Assembly: GCA_964634685.1 (NCBI GenBank)
Contig: CAZWLD010000009.1
Coordinates: 292 to 64,291, forward strand
DNA: 64,000 nucleotides
Source: an uncultured Anaeroplasmatales bacterium
GTDB taxonomy: Bacteria > Bacillota_I > Bacilli_A > Acholeplasmatales > JAEDCM01
Direction of reading: 5' to 3'
Position 1 is the first letter of the stretch. The number at the start of each line of letters is the position of its first letter. This document shows, one piece after another, positions 38,329 to 48,568 of the stretch. The notes under the pieces were generated by a model. That model did no database searches. It was given only the letters and a program-made list of their open reading frames with translations, and was not told where the DNA came from. Position numbers and translations under genes: made by a program.

Positions 38329-39730
38329 TATAAACTATACTACACTTATATCCTAAGCCATCCTCACGATTAAAGGCTTCATCAAAGCTTGATGCCTCAA
38401 AATAAAGGGTAGTCTTTGATTGATTGGTTGAACAGCCATAGAAGGCTTTTTCACCAATTGTTGTGACAGTACTAGGAATATAGGCTTTTTCCAATAAAAT
38501 ACATAGCATAAAGGCCCCATTACCAATTTCTTCAACCGATGCTAAATCTACTTCCGTCAAAGAAGTCGTTAAAAAAGCTTTTTCTCCGATTTTTTTAACG
38601 GAATCAGGTATTTCAACCCGACTAAGTGAACGAGCCGCAAAGAAAGCATAATCGCTTATTTCAGTAATTCCCTCAGGAATTACATATTGATGTCCACTAC
38701 CAACATATTTTAACAAGGTATTATCTTTAATAATCACATCATCCTTGACATCTGATTTCTTAAATAGATAGCTTGTATATTTAGAAAACAAACTGTTTGT
38801 GGAATAATTATCATAATAATCATCCCCAACTAAAATCGCACCACACGAAAAGCCAGATAATTTTCCTTTCATTTTCGGCACATCGCCCAAAAACTCAACC
38901 CATTGAAGGAATGACATTGTTAAGCTGTATTGGCCAATTGTAGTAACAGACGCAGGAATCGTTAGATTCGATAAATTGGTATTATAAGCAAAATAGTCTC
39001 CGATTTCCTCTAAAGAATTAGATAATTGTAAATTCGTTAAATAAACACAATCCTTAAAGGCTGAATCGCCAATTGTAATAACGGAATTAGGTAAAACTAC
39101 ACTATAAACCTTTGAGCCGGCAAAAGCATAGGGTTCAATATTTAATAAAGTATTAGGAAGGCCAAATTCACCATCATATGAAGAAGGATATTGATAAAGA
39201 ACGGTTTGATTCTTATTATACAATAGGCCATCCATTTCTGAATAGTATTTGTTGTTTTTGTCAACAACAAAGGCTTTATTGAAGGTTAGATTTCTAAAGG
39301 CATCAGTACCAATACTTTCAACATTTTTTCCAATAATGACCTTTTCTAAAAGACTACATCCATAGAAGGCACGATCGCCAATTGTGACTACTCCACTATT
39401 TTTTACATAGGAAACCTCACGTAAAGCTCTTGATTCTTCAAAGGCTGATTCACCAATCGTCTTCACAGAGTCAGGAATAATAACCTTAACTAATTTGGAG
39501 TTTTGAAAGGCACTAGCGCCAATTTCTTCAACATAGTATCCATCAAGCTTTTCGGGAATACGAATATCATTAATATTTGTGTCCTTTAATCCTGTAACAA
39601 TGGCCACACCGTTTTTAATTGAATAATTAAAATATTCCTTGCTTGTTTCGGCCATTAGCTTTTCGCCACAAGCACATAAGGTAAGCGAAAAGAACAAAAG
39701 AAATAATAATATTTTTTTCAAATAAAACAC
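38297..39730 (-). CDS. BspA-type leucine-rich-repeat lipoprotein
   Basis: Signal peptide with a Cys lipobox (SLTLCAC), followed by many IP.SV..IG..AF repeats. Confidence 0.7.
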   Translation of the reverse strand: MFYLKKILLFLLFFSLTLCACGEKLMAETSKEYFNYSIKNGVAIVTGLKDTNINDIRIPEKLDGYYVEEIGASAFQNSKLVKVIIPDSVKTIGESAFEESRALREVSYVKNSGVVTIGDRAFYGCSLLEKVIIGKNVESIGTDAFRNLTFNKAFVVDKNNKYYSEMDGLLYNKNQTVLYQYPSSYDGEFGLPNTLLNIEPYAFAGSKVYSVVLPNSVITIGDSAFKDCVYLTNLQLSNSLEEIGDYFAYNTNLSNLTIPASVTTIGQYSLTMSFLQWVEFLGDVPKMKGKLSGFSCGAILVGDDYYDNYSTNSLFSKYTSYLFKKSDVKDDVIIKDNTLLKYVGSGHQYVIPEGITEISDYAFFAARSLSRVEIPDSVKKIGEKAFLTTSLTEVDLASVEEIGNGAFMLCILLEKAYIPSTVTTIGEKAFYGCSTNQSKTTLYFEASSFDEAFNREDGLGYKCSIVYNVSREDYRGK

Positions 39731-39754
39731 CTCTTATTCTATTTTACCATAACT

Positions 39755-39784
39755 AAAAAAAAATACCTAGAAAAAATCTAGGTA
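39755..39784 (-). terminator. Rho-independent terminator (duplicate copy of the pyk terminator)
   Basis: Minus strand reads TACCTAGA TTTTT TCTAGGTA followed by T9. It is identical to the hairpin at 50587..50607. Confidence 0.8.
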
Positions 39785-39829
39785 TTGATTGGAAATATTA
39801 AAGAGTAACGACTTTCATTTCGTTTTCAG
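39756..39829. repeat. 74-bp perfect direct repeat, left copy (pyk 3' end fragment plus terminator)
   Basis: Identical base for base to 50579..50652. It contains the last 10 codons plus the stop of pyk (39798..39829), detached from any pyk body. Confidence 0.95.
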
Positions 39830-39852
39830 GATATAACAAATTTGTTTAACCC

Positions 39853-42800
39853 TTATTCAGACTTATTTTTATCATCTTTAAAAAATGCTTGGATCAATCC
39901 AATTATCATAATTACTACTGACAACGGTATGAACCAAATAATTGCAATTTTTTCTTCTATACCATCGACAACTTTATCAAAAATTTTATACTCTATATAC
40001 GCAAAAACAGGAGATAATAATAATAAAAGTACGTATATCCATTCTGCTAATTCACCATCTATATTACTATTTTGAACGAAAATTAATGCTCCTATTAAGA
40101 AAATTAAACTGTATAAATATAATATTGACCTAAGAAAAGCCGAGATTTTTACAAAGATTTCCATATAATCGTGATCATAATGCCCGTCTTTGATAAAAAC
40201 CACTATGTTCATCAAAACAATCAAAAGATAACTTGAAGCTAGAATAATTATGTCAGGTATACTAAATGATAAAACAAAGGAATCTGATGGTTTCCATGCT
40301 AAACATGTTTTAAAACATAAGTGTAATAATCCAGCTATTGGGAAAAATGAAAAAACAAACAATAATATGAAGAGAATTGAAGAAAAAATAGTTTTAATAA
40401 AATTCGAAATTGCATCATTTCTTTTTTCAACCCTAATTTTATTTTGAGTAATAATTTTTTCAGAATCAATCTCTACTCTAATCTTTTCCATTGATAGTAA
40501 ATAAGAGTTTTTATTCTTACCGCCATATATTTCAATTCTCTTTTTTAAACTCTCATATAATAAATTTAATTTGTTGATACCTTCTACATCATATGGTTTA
40601 TATCTGTAGCATTTTAAATCATATTCAAGACAATGAAACTTTTTATTACACTCTTTACAAAAGTTATCCCAAATCGCTTCATCGTCATTTTCTTTAAATA
40701 TTGAAAATAAAGAATTGGCTCTTTTCAATGATTGTAAACAATCATATTCTTCATCAATTTTTTTCTTATACCTATTATTCAATTCCTCTTTTATCTCCAC
40801 ATATGTTGAGGAAGCAATAATCTTTTCACATTCTTCAATTATGGTTTCGATTTCATCAATATTATCAACATTTCTTTCCGGTAATGACGCCAATAATTTT
40901 TGTACCTCAAAAATAGATGAAGTGTATTTCTTTTGAAAATCAACAATCTCGATTAAATCATCTATTAAGCCGCCTGCGAGGGTATTTCCTTGTCTTTGAA
41001 GTTTAACCAAACCACTCTTTATTGAGGAAATATTCATTGCCTTATCAGCTACTTTTACTTCATCCTTTGTTAAACATCTATTATCTGCTAATTCAATATA
41101 GTATTTTGCACAAATACAATCAAATGAATTTTCATTAGATTGCTGAACTATATATTGACTATACATTTTCTTAGCTGCCGAAAAGGCCTTAAACTTATGA
41201 AGATTGACCGCAAAGGTTGCTAATAAAGAATCAATTGTTGTTGGTGAATCCTTATACATATAAAAATCACTACAAGGATCTAGGCTAACAGTTTTTGGTG
41301 AATTAACCTTTAATGGCGTTTCATCTAATGAATAAACTATATATTTATTGAATAAATCAAATCCATTTAATTGTTCATCCTTATCGCCCTTTGAAGGCAC
41401 TAATAAGCCGTCTTCAGTTTTTTGATAAGCATCTTCATCTGTGATTATCGAAATTAAGAAGGTTTCAAGATACTTAGGTTTCGTAGCGGGTGGTGCATAT
41501 CTAAATAGATTAGTAAATTTTTCAATAATCTCCTTGTTATGAACAATATGAAGGTTTTCCTTATTTGAAACATCCTTTTTATCACTTAATGTATTTCCCA
41601 ACAAATTCTTCCGCAAAGCGATATACTCGTTTGGAGTATATATATTCTTTGTAACGTTAATGGAAATATAATACCATAAGGCTTCATAATCACCCTTATT
41701 TACATCGATTATTTCCTTAAGCTTTGCTTGAACAAATTCCCTTGATTTTGGCCTTAAATCTGCATTTAAAAACAAATCAAGAGCCTTTTTACGAGATTCA
41801 ATATATTTGTTAGGATCATTATTAGTAACATATTGTTTGATTAATAAATAATCACTAATTATGTCAATTATTGAATCCTTTTTTTCAACATTTTTAACTG
41901 TTTGATAGATATTAGATGCAATCTTATTAAGAATCCCTTTATCTATATATTCTATATAGGGAATAATACATATTTTCAAGACAGGCTTTTGAACTAAATG
42001 ATTATAATTGTCATTTGCCAATAGTTGAGCGATTTTTGTAATAACCTTTTTTGAATCCTCCTCAGTCGCTACTTTAAAGAATTCTTCCGCTACTTTTGGT
42101 TCTTTCGATATATTTTCTAAATTATTAAAATACGCATCAATTCCTAAAAATTCTGTATCTTTCAATAACAAATATTTTTTAGCTAAATAAGCATCCTGAT
42201 GCTCAGAAACGATTCTTTCAAGCTCAACAAAGGCATTTTTTCGATTTCTTTTGATTAATTCAAGATTATTTTCGCTTCCTTTAGGACTTCTTTCAATATC
42301 GTAAATCAAGTTATCAATCTCATCCTGAAGAGTTGAATCTGTTTTTTGATAGGTTGTAAATTTTCTGGTTGATTGAACCATACTTGTTATCTTTACATCA
42401 CTTATCTCAGCAACTTCGCTTTTGAATTCCTTTGATGTAATCTTCTTAATAGAATTATCAAAAACGTTATCCTTAATGAATTCTAGTAAATTAGTTTCAG
42501 CTCCCGGTTTTCCTAAATAGATATGTTGTAGATTTTTAAATTCGTATGGGACATCATTAGGATTCATAGTCTTTGTAACAAATACAAATGATCTCTTTTG
42601 ATTTTTATTACGATTTTGAATCTCAGGATCCATTAAATATAGATAACGCATCCATTCATTTCTTACCCACTGCCATTGAATGTTAGTCTCATTTTCGCCA
42701 ACTAAGATAAATACCTTAGCGGATTGTAATGCCGAAAAGATGATATGTTCATATTTCTTTCCCGTGAATAATCCCTGACAACGCTCAGATAAAAACACCT

Positions 42801-43428
42801 TTACTCCGGGAATTTGATCTTTAATAAAATCATACAATCCAGATGCCAACTCATAATCTTGTGTCCTAACAATTGAGCCATCTTCATTTTTGATTGGCTC
42901 GTTTGTCCTTGGGTCGATTTTAGAGACCTTTGTGGAGATAAAAATATCAAATTTATACTCACCATTCTTATAAACTTCTTCGATTTCTTTTCGAACCTTT
43001 TCAATATATTCAAATGTCTCTAAAAAGGATTCTTTTTGATAAGGCTTTGATAACTCCAAACTTTTTTTAACAAATTCACTTTCCAAAATGTTTTCAAAAT
43101 TAATATTATTTAAAGTGGGAATATTGTCATATTTCCAATTCAATTTATTATCATTTGGAGTATAACAAATACAGTTTCTTGCCAAAGCACTTAAAAACCA
43201 TACTTCTGCATCCTTCGGATTTGATTCCCTTAATTCACGTAAGTCTGATTCTGCTTCCTTGAAGCGCAAATCTTTAAGATAACGATAAATCTTTTTATAT
43301 TCATCCATCTTTTCAGCATCCATATTATGAACACCACCACAAGCCGGGCACTTATATAATTCATCAATTTTTTTCCATGTTGATGCATCAAATTCCCTCC
43401 AGCAACGTGGGCATTTTTTCTCTCCCAT
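39853..43428 (-). CDS. Zinc-ribbon / TPR-like / TIR domain protein with long helical region and C-terminal polytopic membrane domain (TIR-B)
   Basis: 1191 aa. aa5-32 form a ribbon (CPRCW..CPACGG). A TPR-like segment follows. The TIR fold spans aa157-320 (42469..42960; YKFDIFISTK ... QWQWVRNEWMRYL; Glu258 codon at 42655..42657). The last about 200 aa (39874..40476) contain about six hydrophobic helices. Confidence 0.75.
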   Translation of the reverse strand: MGEKKCPRCWREFDASTWKKIDELYKCPACGGVHNMDAEKMDEYKKIYRYLKDLRFKEAESDLRELRESNPKDAEVWFLSALARNCICYTPNDNKLNWKYDNIPTLNNINFENILESEFVKKSLELSKPYQKESFLETFEYIEKVRKEIEEVYKNGEYKFDIFISTKVSKIDPRTNEPIKNEDGSIVRTQDYELASGLYDFIKDQIPGVKVFLSERCQGLFTGKKYEHIIFSALQSAKVFILVGENETNIQWQWVRNEWMRYLYLMDPEIQNRNKNQKRSFVFVTKTMNPNDVPYEFKNLQHIYLGKPGAETNLLEFIKDNVFDNSIKKITSKEFKSEVAEISDVKITSMVQSTRKFTTYQKTDSTLQDEIDNLIYDIERSPKGSENNLELIKRNRKNAFVELERIVSEHQDAYLAKKYLLLKDTEFLGIDAYFNNLENISKEPKVAEEFFKVATEEDSKKVITKIAQLLANDNYNHLVQKPVLKICIIPYIEYIDKGILNKIASNIYQTVKNVEKKDSIIDIISDYLLIKQYVTNNDPNKYIESRKKALDLFLNADLRPKSREFVQAKLKEIIDVNKGDYEALWYYISINVTKNIYTPNEYIALRKNLLGNTLSDKKDVSNKENLHIVHNKEIIEKFTNLFRYAPPATKPKYLETFLISIITDEDAYQKTEDGLLVPSKGDKDEQLNGFDLFNKYIVYSLDETPLKVNSPKTVSLDPCSDFYMYKDSPTTIDSLLATFAVNLHKFKAFSAAKKMYSQYIVQQSNENSFDCICAKYYIELADNRCLTKDEVKVADKAMNISSIKSGLVKLQRQGNTLAGGLIDDLIEIVDFQKKYTSSIFEVQKLLASLPERNVDNIDEIETIIEECEKIIASSTYVEIKEELNNRYKKKIDEEYDCLQSLKRANSLFSIFKENDDEAIWDNFCKECNKKFHCLEYDLKCYRYKPYDVEGINKLNLLYESLKKRIEIYGGKNKNSYLLSMEKIRVEIDSEKIITQNKIRVEKRNDAISNFIKTIFSSILFILLFVFSFFPIAGLLHLCFKTCLAWKPSDSFVLSFSIPDIIILASSYLLIVLMNIVVFIKDGHYDHDYMEIFVKISAFLRSILYLYSLIFLIGALIFVQNSNIDGELAEWIYVLLLLLSPVFAYIEYKIFDKVVDGIEEKIAIIWFIPLSVVIMIIGLIQAFFKDDKNKSE

Positions 43429-43523
43429 ACCTTACAACTCCTTGCAAATAAAATGATTTAGAATTTTATTCATTAGATTCTAATTTCAATATCATTATTT
43501 TAATTAACATACAATATGAATAA

Positions 43524-45719
43524 CTAAAACATTATTTCTTCTCCTGTATTTGTAATATACCCCTTTAACTGTCCATTGGTATACAAAACAACTTCCTTTA
43601 CATTTGTATAATATCCAACTATTTCATCGTAGTTATACAAACCTCCATACCAATATGATCCTAACGATATTTTACCCATATCAAATGATTGAAATAAAAC
43701 TATTGCTTTTCCATCATCTTCAAATGCTTCCTTTCCAATTTTAGTCAAAGTTGCTGGAAGATGAACATATTTTAATGATGTATCAAGTGCAAATGCAAAG
43801 TCTCCAACTATTTCTACCTTTGATGACTCGTTATAGTCAACATATTTTAACTTCTCGCATTTGTAAAATGCATAATCACCAATATATCTTAATTGTTTTC
43901 CTAAAGTGACATCAGTTATTTCAGCAAAAGCAAATGCTTGATTACATACATACATAATATCTCTTCCATCAACTTCACTTAATTCAATACTCAATAAAGA
44001 AGATCCATTCATATACTTCATAATACCAACATAATCATCATCAGTAATAAAATATCTATAATTGCCATTTTCCTTTACTTCCTTTACATTTGTATAATAT
44101 CCAACTATTTCATCGTAGTTATACAAACCTCCATACCAATATGATCCTAAAGATATTTTACTTGTATCATATGATTGAAATAAAACTATTGCTTTTCCAT
44201 CATCTTCAAATGCTTCCTCTCCAATTTTAGTCAATGTTGCTGGTAAATGCACATATTTTAATGATGTATCACGTGCAAAGGCAAAGTCTCCAACTATTTC
44301 TACCTTTGATGACTCGCTATAGTCAACATAATTTAAATTCTTACATGAATAAAATGCATAATCACCTATATACATTAGTTCTTTACCTAAAATAACATCT
44401 GTTATATTTGAATTTTTGAATGCTTGACTACATACATACCTTACTTCTATTCCTTCAACAGTATTTAAATCAATACTCAATAATGAAGATTCATTCATAT
44501 ACTTCATAATACCAACATAATTGTCATTAGTAATAAAATATCTATAATTGTCATTTTCCTTTACTTCCTTTACATTTGTATAATATCCAACTATTTCATC
44601 GTAGTTATACAAACCTCCATACCAATATGATCCTAATGATATTTTATATGTATCATATGATTGAAATAAAACTATTGCCTTTCCATCATCTTCAAATGCT
44701 TCCTCTCCAATTTTAGTCAATGTTTCTGGAAAATGAACATATTCTAATGATGTATCAAGTGCAAATGCATAATCTCCAACAGTTTCTAGACAAGTATTTC
44801 CTAAATCCAAAGAGGTTAAGGATGATTTATAAAATGCATATGAACCAATACTAGATAAAACAGTATATCTATCTAACACCAATTTATTTATTTTTGAACC
44901 ATAAAATGCTCTTTTGCCAATCGATCTTATTGTTGCAGGTAATTTAACACTAGTGATTGCTCGGGATTCAAAAGCTTGATTTGCTATCTCATCTACCATT
45001 TTATCATTATGATATGTTGGAATAACAATGTCCGGATAAAAGCCTTCATATCCAACTACTTTATAAGTATTTGTATCTTCTTTAAATTCATATATTATTC
45101 CTTCTGTTCCTTCATCTATATAGGAGAATATTGCAGTAAAATTAGTATCTTTTTTACATAGAACATCAGTTGTGTAAATCTCACCATAGTCATCTGCCCA
45201 TCCAACAAGTATATAACCACTTTCATCATTAACTATTGGGAAATCTATTACTTGTCCATAATCATAATAATTTGTAGTAATTAGCGTCCCATCATAGTTA
45301 TAAAAATTAATTGGTATGTCCACTGGTGGAGCAAAATTAAAAGTTAGGGGACCTGTAGATCCAACTTCTTCTTTACCTAAAACTTCATTGAAGTTTTTAT
45401 ATGATATATCTACAACAAATTTGCCCGGATTAGGAGAAGATATACCAATTTCATACTCTCTATCTGATACTTTAACCCACTCTATTTTTGCGCCACAATT
45501 ATTTTCAATAATGTCAAAAGAAAAATCTTTAGTATTTGTAGTAGTATGATTTTCTTTTCCATTTATTAATAACTTAGTATATAAAAAATACACCTCATCT
45601 ATTTCGTATGAATCTTGCAAATTAGTAATACATAATTCATAATCATTTCCAAAAAGAAATCCGCATGATGCTAAAGTCAACATAGTAAAAACACAAAGCA
45701 AAAAAAATATTTTTTTCAT
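43524..45719 (-). CDS. BspA-type LRR lipoprotein with 162-aa tandem repeats
   Basis: Start moved to ATG 45719 (MKKIFFLLCVFTMLTLASC, lipobox LASC). There are LRR units and 2.5 near-identical 162-aa repeats (..DTSLKYVHLPATLTKIGEEAFEDDGKAIVLFQSYDT..YYTNVKEV..). Confidence 0.7.
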   Translation of the reverse strand: MKKIFFLLCVFTMLTLASCGFLFGNDYELCITNLQDSYEIDEVYFLYTKLLINGKENHTTTNTKDFSFDIIENNCGAKIEWVKVSDREYEIGISSPNPGKFVVDISYKNFNEVLGKEEVGSTGPLTFNFAPPVDIPINFYNYDGTLITTNYYDYGQVIDFPIVNDESGYILVGWADDYGEIYTTDVLCKKDTNFTAIFSYIDEGTEGIIYEFKEDTNTYKVVGYEGFYPDIVIPTYHNDKMVDEIANQAFESRAITSVKLPATIRSIGKRAFYGSKINKLVLDRYTVLSSIGSYAFYKSSLTSLDLGNTCLETVGDYAFALDTSLEYVHFPETLTKIGEEAFEDDGKAIVLFQSYDTYKISLGSYWYGGLYNYDEIVGYYTNVKEVKENDNYRYFITNDNYVGIMKYMNESSLLSIDLNTVEGIEVRYVCSQAFKNSNITDVILGKELMYIGDYAFYSCKNLNYVDYSESSKVEIVGDFAFARDTSLKYVHLPATLTKIGEEAFEDDGKAIVLFQSYDTSKISLGSYWYGGLYNYDEIVGYYTNVKEVKENGNYRYFITDDDYVGIMKYMNGSSLLSIELSEVDGRDIMYVCNQAFAFAEITDVTLGKQLRYIGDYAFYKCEKLKYVDYNESSKVEIVGDFAFALDTSLKYVHLPATLTKIGKEAFEDDGKAIVLFQSFDMGKISLGSYWYGGLYNYDEIVGYYTNVKEVVLYTNGQLKGYITNTGEEIMF
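43575..44800 (-). repeat. Tandem 486-bp in-frame repeats (about 2.5 copies)
   Basis: The marker string CCTTTACATTTGTATAATATCCAAC recurs at 43595, 44081 and 44567, a period of exactly 486 bp. The flanking sequence is nearly identical between copies. Confidence 0.9.
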
Positions 45720-45723
45720 AATC

Positions 45724-46315
45724 TTACAACTCCTCATTTTTCTTTTTTCTTTGAAAAAATGACTTAATGTCTTTAATTTCTAAATCTATTTTTCCATCAT
45801 CTTTTTTTATTCTTTGAACGATTAAAAATACTGTGGCAGAAATCACCAATATAGTTGAAATAACCTGAGAGGGTGATAAAAACGGCAATATTTTTCCACG
45901 ATTATCACCTCGCATAAGCTCAGCAAAGCAGCGATAAATGCCATAAACATAACTATAGACAATCCATCTTCTCTCCTTGATAAACAAAACTAATATCCAA
46001 AAAAAGATGAACATAATCCAGCCTCAATTAATTGAGACGGAATAAGCTTTGTTCAAAATCCATAAGTCATTGTTGAAATTGATTCTTCTGGATAAACCAA
46101 ACCAAAAACGGAATTGATTGGTTTTCCAAAACAACAACCCTCATAAAAACAACCAAAGCGGCCAAAGGACTAACCAATAACAAATAAAGGGATATTATTA
46201 TTTGATGTTTTTTCATAAAGCAATAAAAATATATTATACCAACAGTTATTCCTAATATGATTGTTAAGGGATATATAGCAATTTCAATATTTCCAATATT
46301 ATATTTTGGATACAT
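45724..46315 (-). pseudogene. lgt: Disrupted prolipoprotein diacylglyceryl transferase gene
   Basis: The N-terminal fragment (46067..46315) ends at a TGA. The motif IPSQLIEAGL (the Lgt HPSQLYE region) lies in a second frame at about 46015..46045. The C-terminal fragment (45724..46014, ..VYGIYRCFAELMRGDN..LSPSQVIS..) lies in a third frame. The total span of about 197 codons compares with about 270 aa for intact Lgt. Confidence 0.6.
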
Positions 46316-46362
46316 AACAAATCCATCCTTTAATAATAAATATGCATAAATAAAATCAACTA

Positions 46363-48462
46363 CTAATTTTGATAAAACCTTTTTGCATTTACTAATAATT
46401 CATTACCGCTATCAATTCTCATATTATTCCATTGTTCAGCGCTTCCTAGATAATATATTTTATTAAGATTATTACACTCAGTAAATGCTTTTTCTTCTAT
46501 TTCAATAATATTAGATGACATCGTAACAGTAGATAACTTGTCACAATTATAAAATGCATATTTTCCTATAGATGATACTTTAGAGGGAATAGTTATACTA
46601 TCCAATTGACTACAATTACAAAATGCATAATCTCCAATGCGAGCTAAATTATTTGATAGTATAACCTTTCTTAATTTGTCACAATCCTTAAATGCATCTG
46701 TATTTAACTCTTTAGCATCAGCAGGAATAATTATTGATTCAATGCCATGATACGTTGTGCTCCAAGCACCATTTTCATCAATTTCTCCGATTCCTATCGC
46801 GGTTTCCCTAATATGATAAGAGGCAAATCTATCTTCCCAATTCGCTTCGGCATATTTGCCATTAATCAAAGAATTTACCCTTGGAAATAAAGTTCGATAA
46901 AATGATCCATCAGAATAATATGCACTATAATACAACTGAAAATCACAATTAAAATTCATTAAATAATTTAATTTTATACCAGCAGAATTGACTACATAAT
47001 ATCCTAAAAATTCGGTATCATTCGATAATTTAATATCTTTAACCATTTTATTTTCTTCTTCAGAATTATCACTTTTTGTTTTTTCAAAATATATACTTGA
47101 TACTGTATATTCCTCATCATCTTTAGCAAATGTTATTTCAATATAGCTATACGATACTTTTGCCAATTCTTCCATAAGTTTCTCTTCTTCACCTGCTAGT
47201 TTAAGATAAGCATCATCATTTCCATTAACTAAAGCCTTTTCTTGATCTAAATTATTCTTCTTAATCTTTTTCAAGATTGATGAATACGAATTGCTATAAT
47301 ATTTCCACACTGTTTCTGAAGAAAAATCCTCATATGGTGATCCTAATATTTTCTTTACTTCAGAAGATGTATATCCAGGCTCAATTTTTTCCACAACGGA
47401 AATCTTAAATTTATTATTAAAATAAGAAATGGCAAAGCATCCAGCTGTTATAATAAAGATAGCTAAAATCGTAATCAACATACAAAAAGTTTTATGTAAA
47501 GCTATCCAAATCACAAAAGAAGGAGTCTTTTTTTCTGTAGCCTTATCATACTGACGTTTTTCATATTTATATATTATGAGCTGCTTTTTATTATCTTTTT
47601 CACTTTTTACACTTGTAGGCATAATTGGTTCTTGATGTGTTTCATAAAATTTATCTCTTCGGGCTTTCTCATTTTCTCTATATAGAATAATTTTATTAGC
47701 CTCATTTTTAACTAATTCCGGATATTTTTTCGCTAAGAAATGTCTAACAATGAAACTTGAAATTGATAATAAAGCAAACAATAAAGAGAAGACTATCAAT
47801 AAAATCGGACAACTACCTGCTTTAAATATGCCCATTCCTTCATCTATAGATGATATTTCACAAATAATTATTATTCCAAAAGCTAAGAAAATGGCATAAA
47901 AAATAAATGACATATATTCTAGAAAAATAAATATAGGCTGAACATTTTTACCAAATCTTATTTCTTTATTTCTAATCTTAGTGGAAAACACCGTTATACT
48001 AGAAATCAGAGCGAAAATAATTGTTACAATTGCTACTATAACTAGTGTTATCATAGCCCATTCAATTTCAGGAATTTCGCTTAACAACCCTGAATACATT
48101 TGATAGACATTACCAAGACTAATATTAGGCAAACCTTCACCCATTATTACCTCTGCTACAGGGGCTGCATAAAATGCAAATATTAATAAGCTAAAAATGC
48201 CAGATAAAATAACAGGTACATATCGTAAAATTGAATATATTAATCCAATATTAAGATTTGATGTTTTATTCTCAAGATTATTTTTACTTTTCTGTGGCTT
48301 AACCTGATTATCACCTAAAAAACAACCACATTCATTACAATACTTAACCAAATCATTTAACTTTGTTCCACAATTAGGACATATTTTTTCTTCCCATTTA
48401 GTTCCGCATTCAGGGCAAAATTTTCCTTCAAACTCTTTACCACAATTAAAACATTTTTTCAT
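46363..48462 (-). CDS. Double-zinc-ribbon / polytopic membrane / LRR protein
   Basis: The likely start is ATG 48462 (MKKCFNCGKEFEGKFCPECG..CPNCG..CNECG) after GGGAGAG. It has about 7 TM helices, an extracytoplasmic region with an SmpA/OmlA-like GYTSSEVKKILGSPYED motif, and C-terminal BspA-type LRRs. Confidence 0.65.
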   Translation of the reverse strand: MKKCFNCGKEFEGKFCPECGTKWEEKICPNCGTKLNDLVKYCNECGCFLGDNQVKPQKSKNNLENKTSNLNIGLIYSILRYVPVILSGIFSLLIFAFYAAPVAEVIMGEGLPNISLGNVYQMYSGLLSEIPEIEWAMITLVIVAIVTIIFALISSITVFSTKIRNKEIRFGKNVQPIFIFLEYMSFIFYAIFLAFGIIIICEISSIDEGMGIFKAGSCPILLIVFSLLFALLSISSFIVRHFLAKKYPELVKNEANKIILYRENEKARRDKFYETHQEPIMPTSVKSEKDNKKQLIIYKYEKRQYDKATEKKTPSFVIWIALHKTFCMLITILAIFIITAGCFAISYFNNKFKISVVEKIEPGYTSSEVKKILGSPYEDFSSETVWKYYSNSYSSILKKIKKNNLDQEKALVNGNDDAYLKLAGEEEKLMEELAKVSYSYIEITFAKDDEEYTVSSIYFEKTKSDNSEEENKMVKDIKLSNDTEFLGYYVVNSAGIKLNYLMNFNCDFQLYYSAYYSDGSFYRTLFPRVNSLINGKYAEANWEDRFASYHIRETAIGIGEIDENGAWSTTYHGIESIIIPADAKELNTDAFKDCDKLRKVILSNNLARIGDYAFCNCSQLDSITIPSKVSSIGKYAFYNCDKLSTVTMSSNIIEIEEKAFTECNNLNKIYYLGSAEQWNNMRIDSGNELLVNAKRFYQN

Positions 48463-48568
48463 ACTATCTCTCCCAATATTCAACAAAATAATTCATATAA
48501 AAACAGCACATCTTTAAAGTACTATTCTAAAATTATGCAAAATCAAAAACAATATTTATTTTCTTTGA

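Noticed and set aside
46023-46036. Perfect 14-bp palindrome CTCAATTAATTGAG
   Set aside because: It lies inside the lgt remnant and simply encodes the conserved SQLIE segment. An AT-rich palindrome of this size is not compelling as a regulatory or recombination site.
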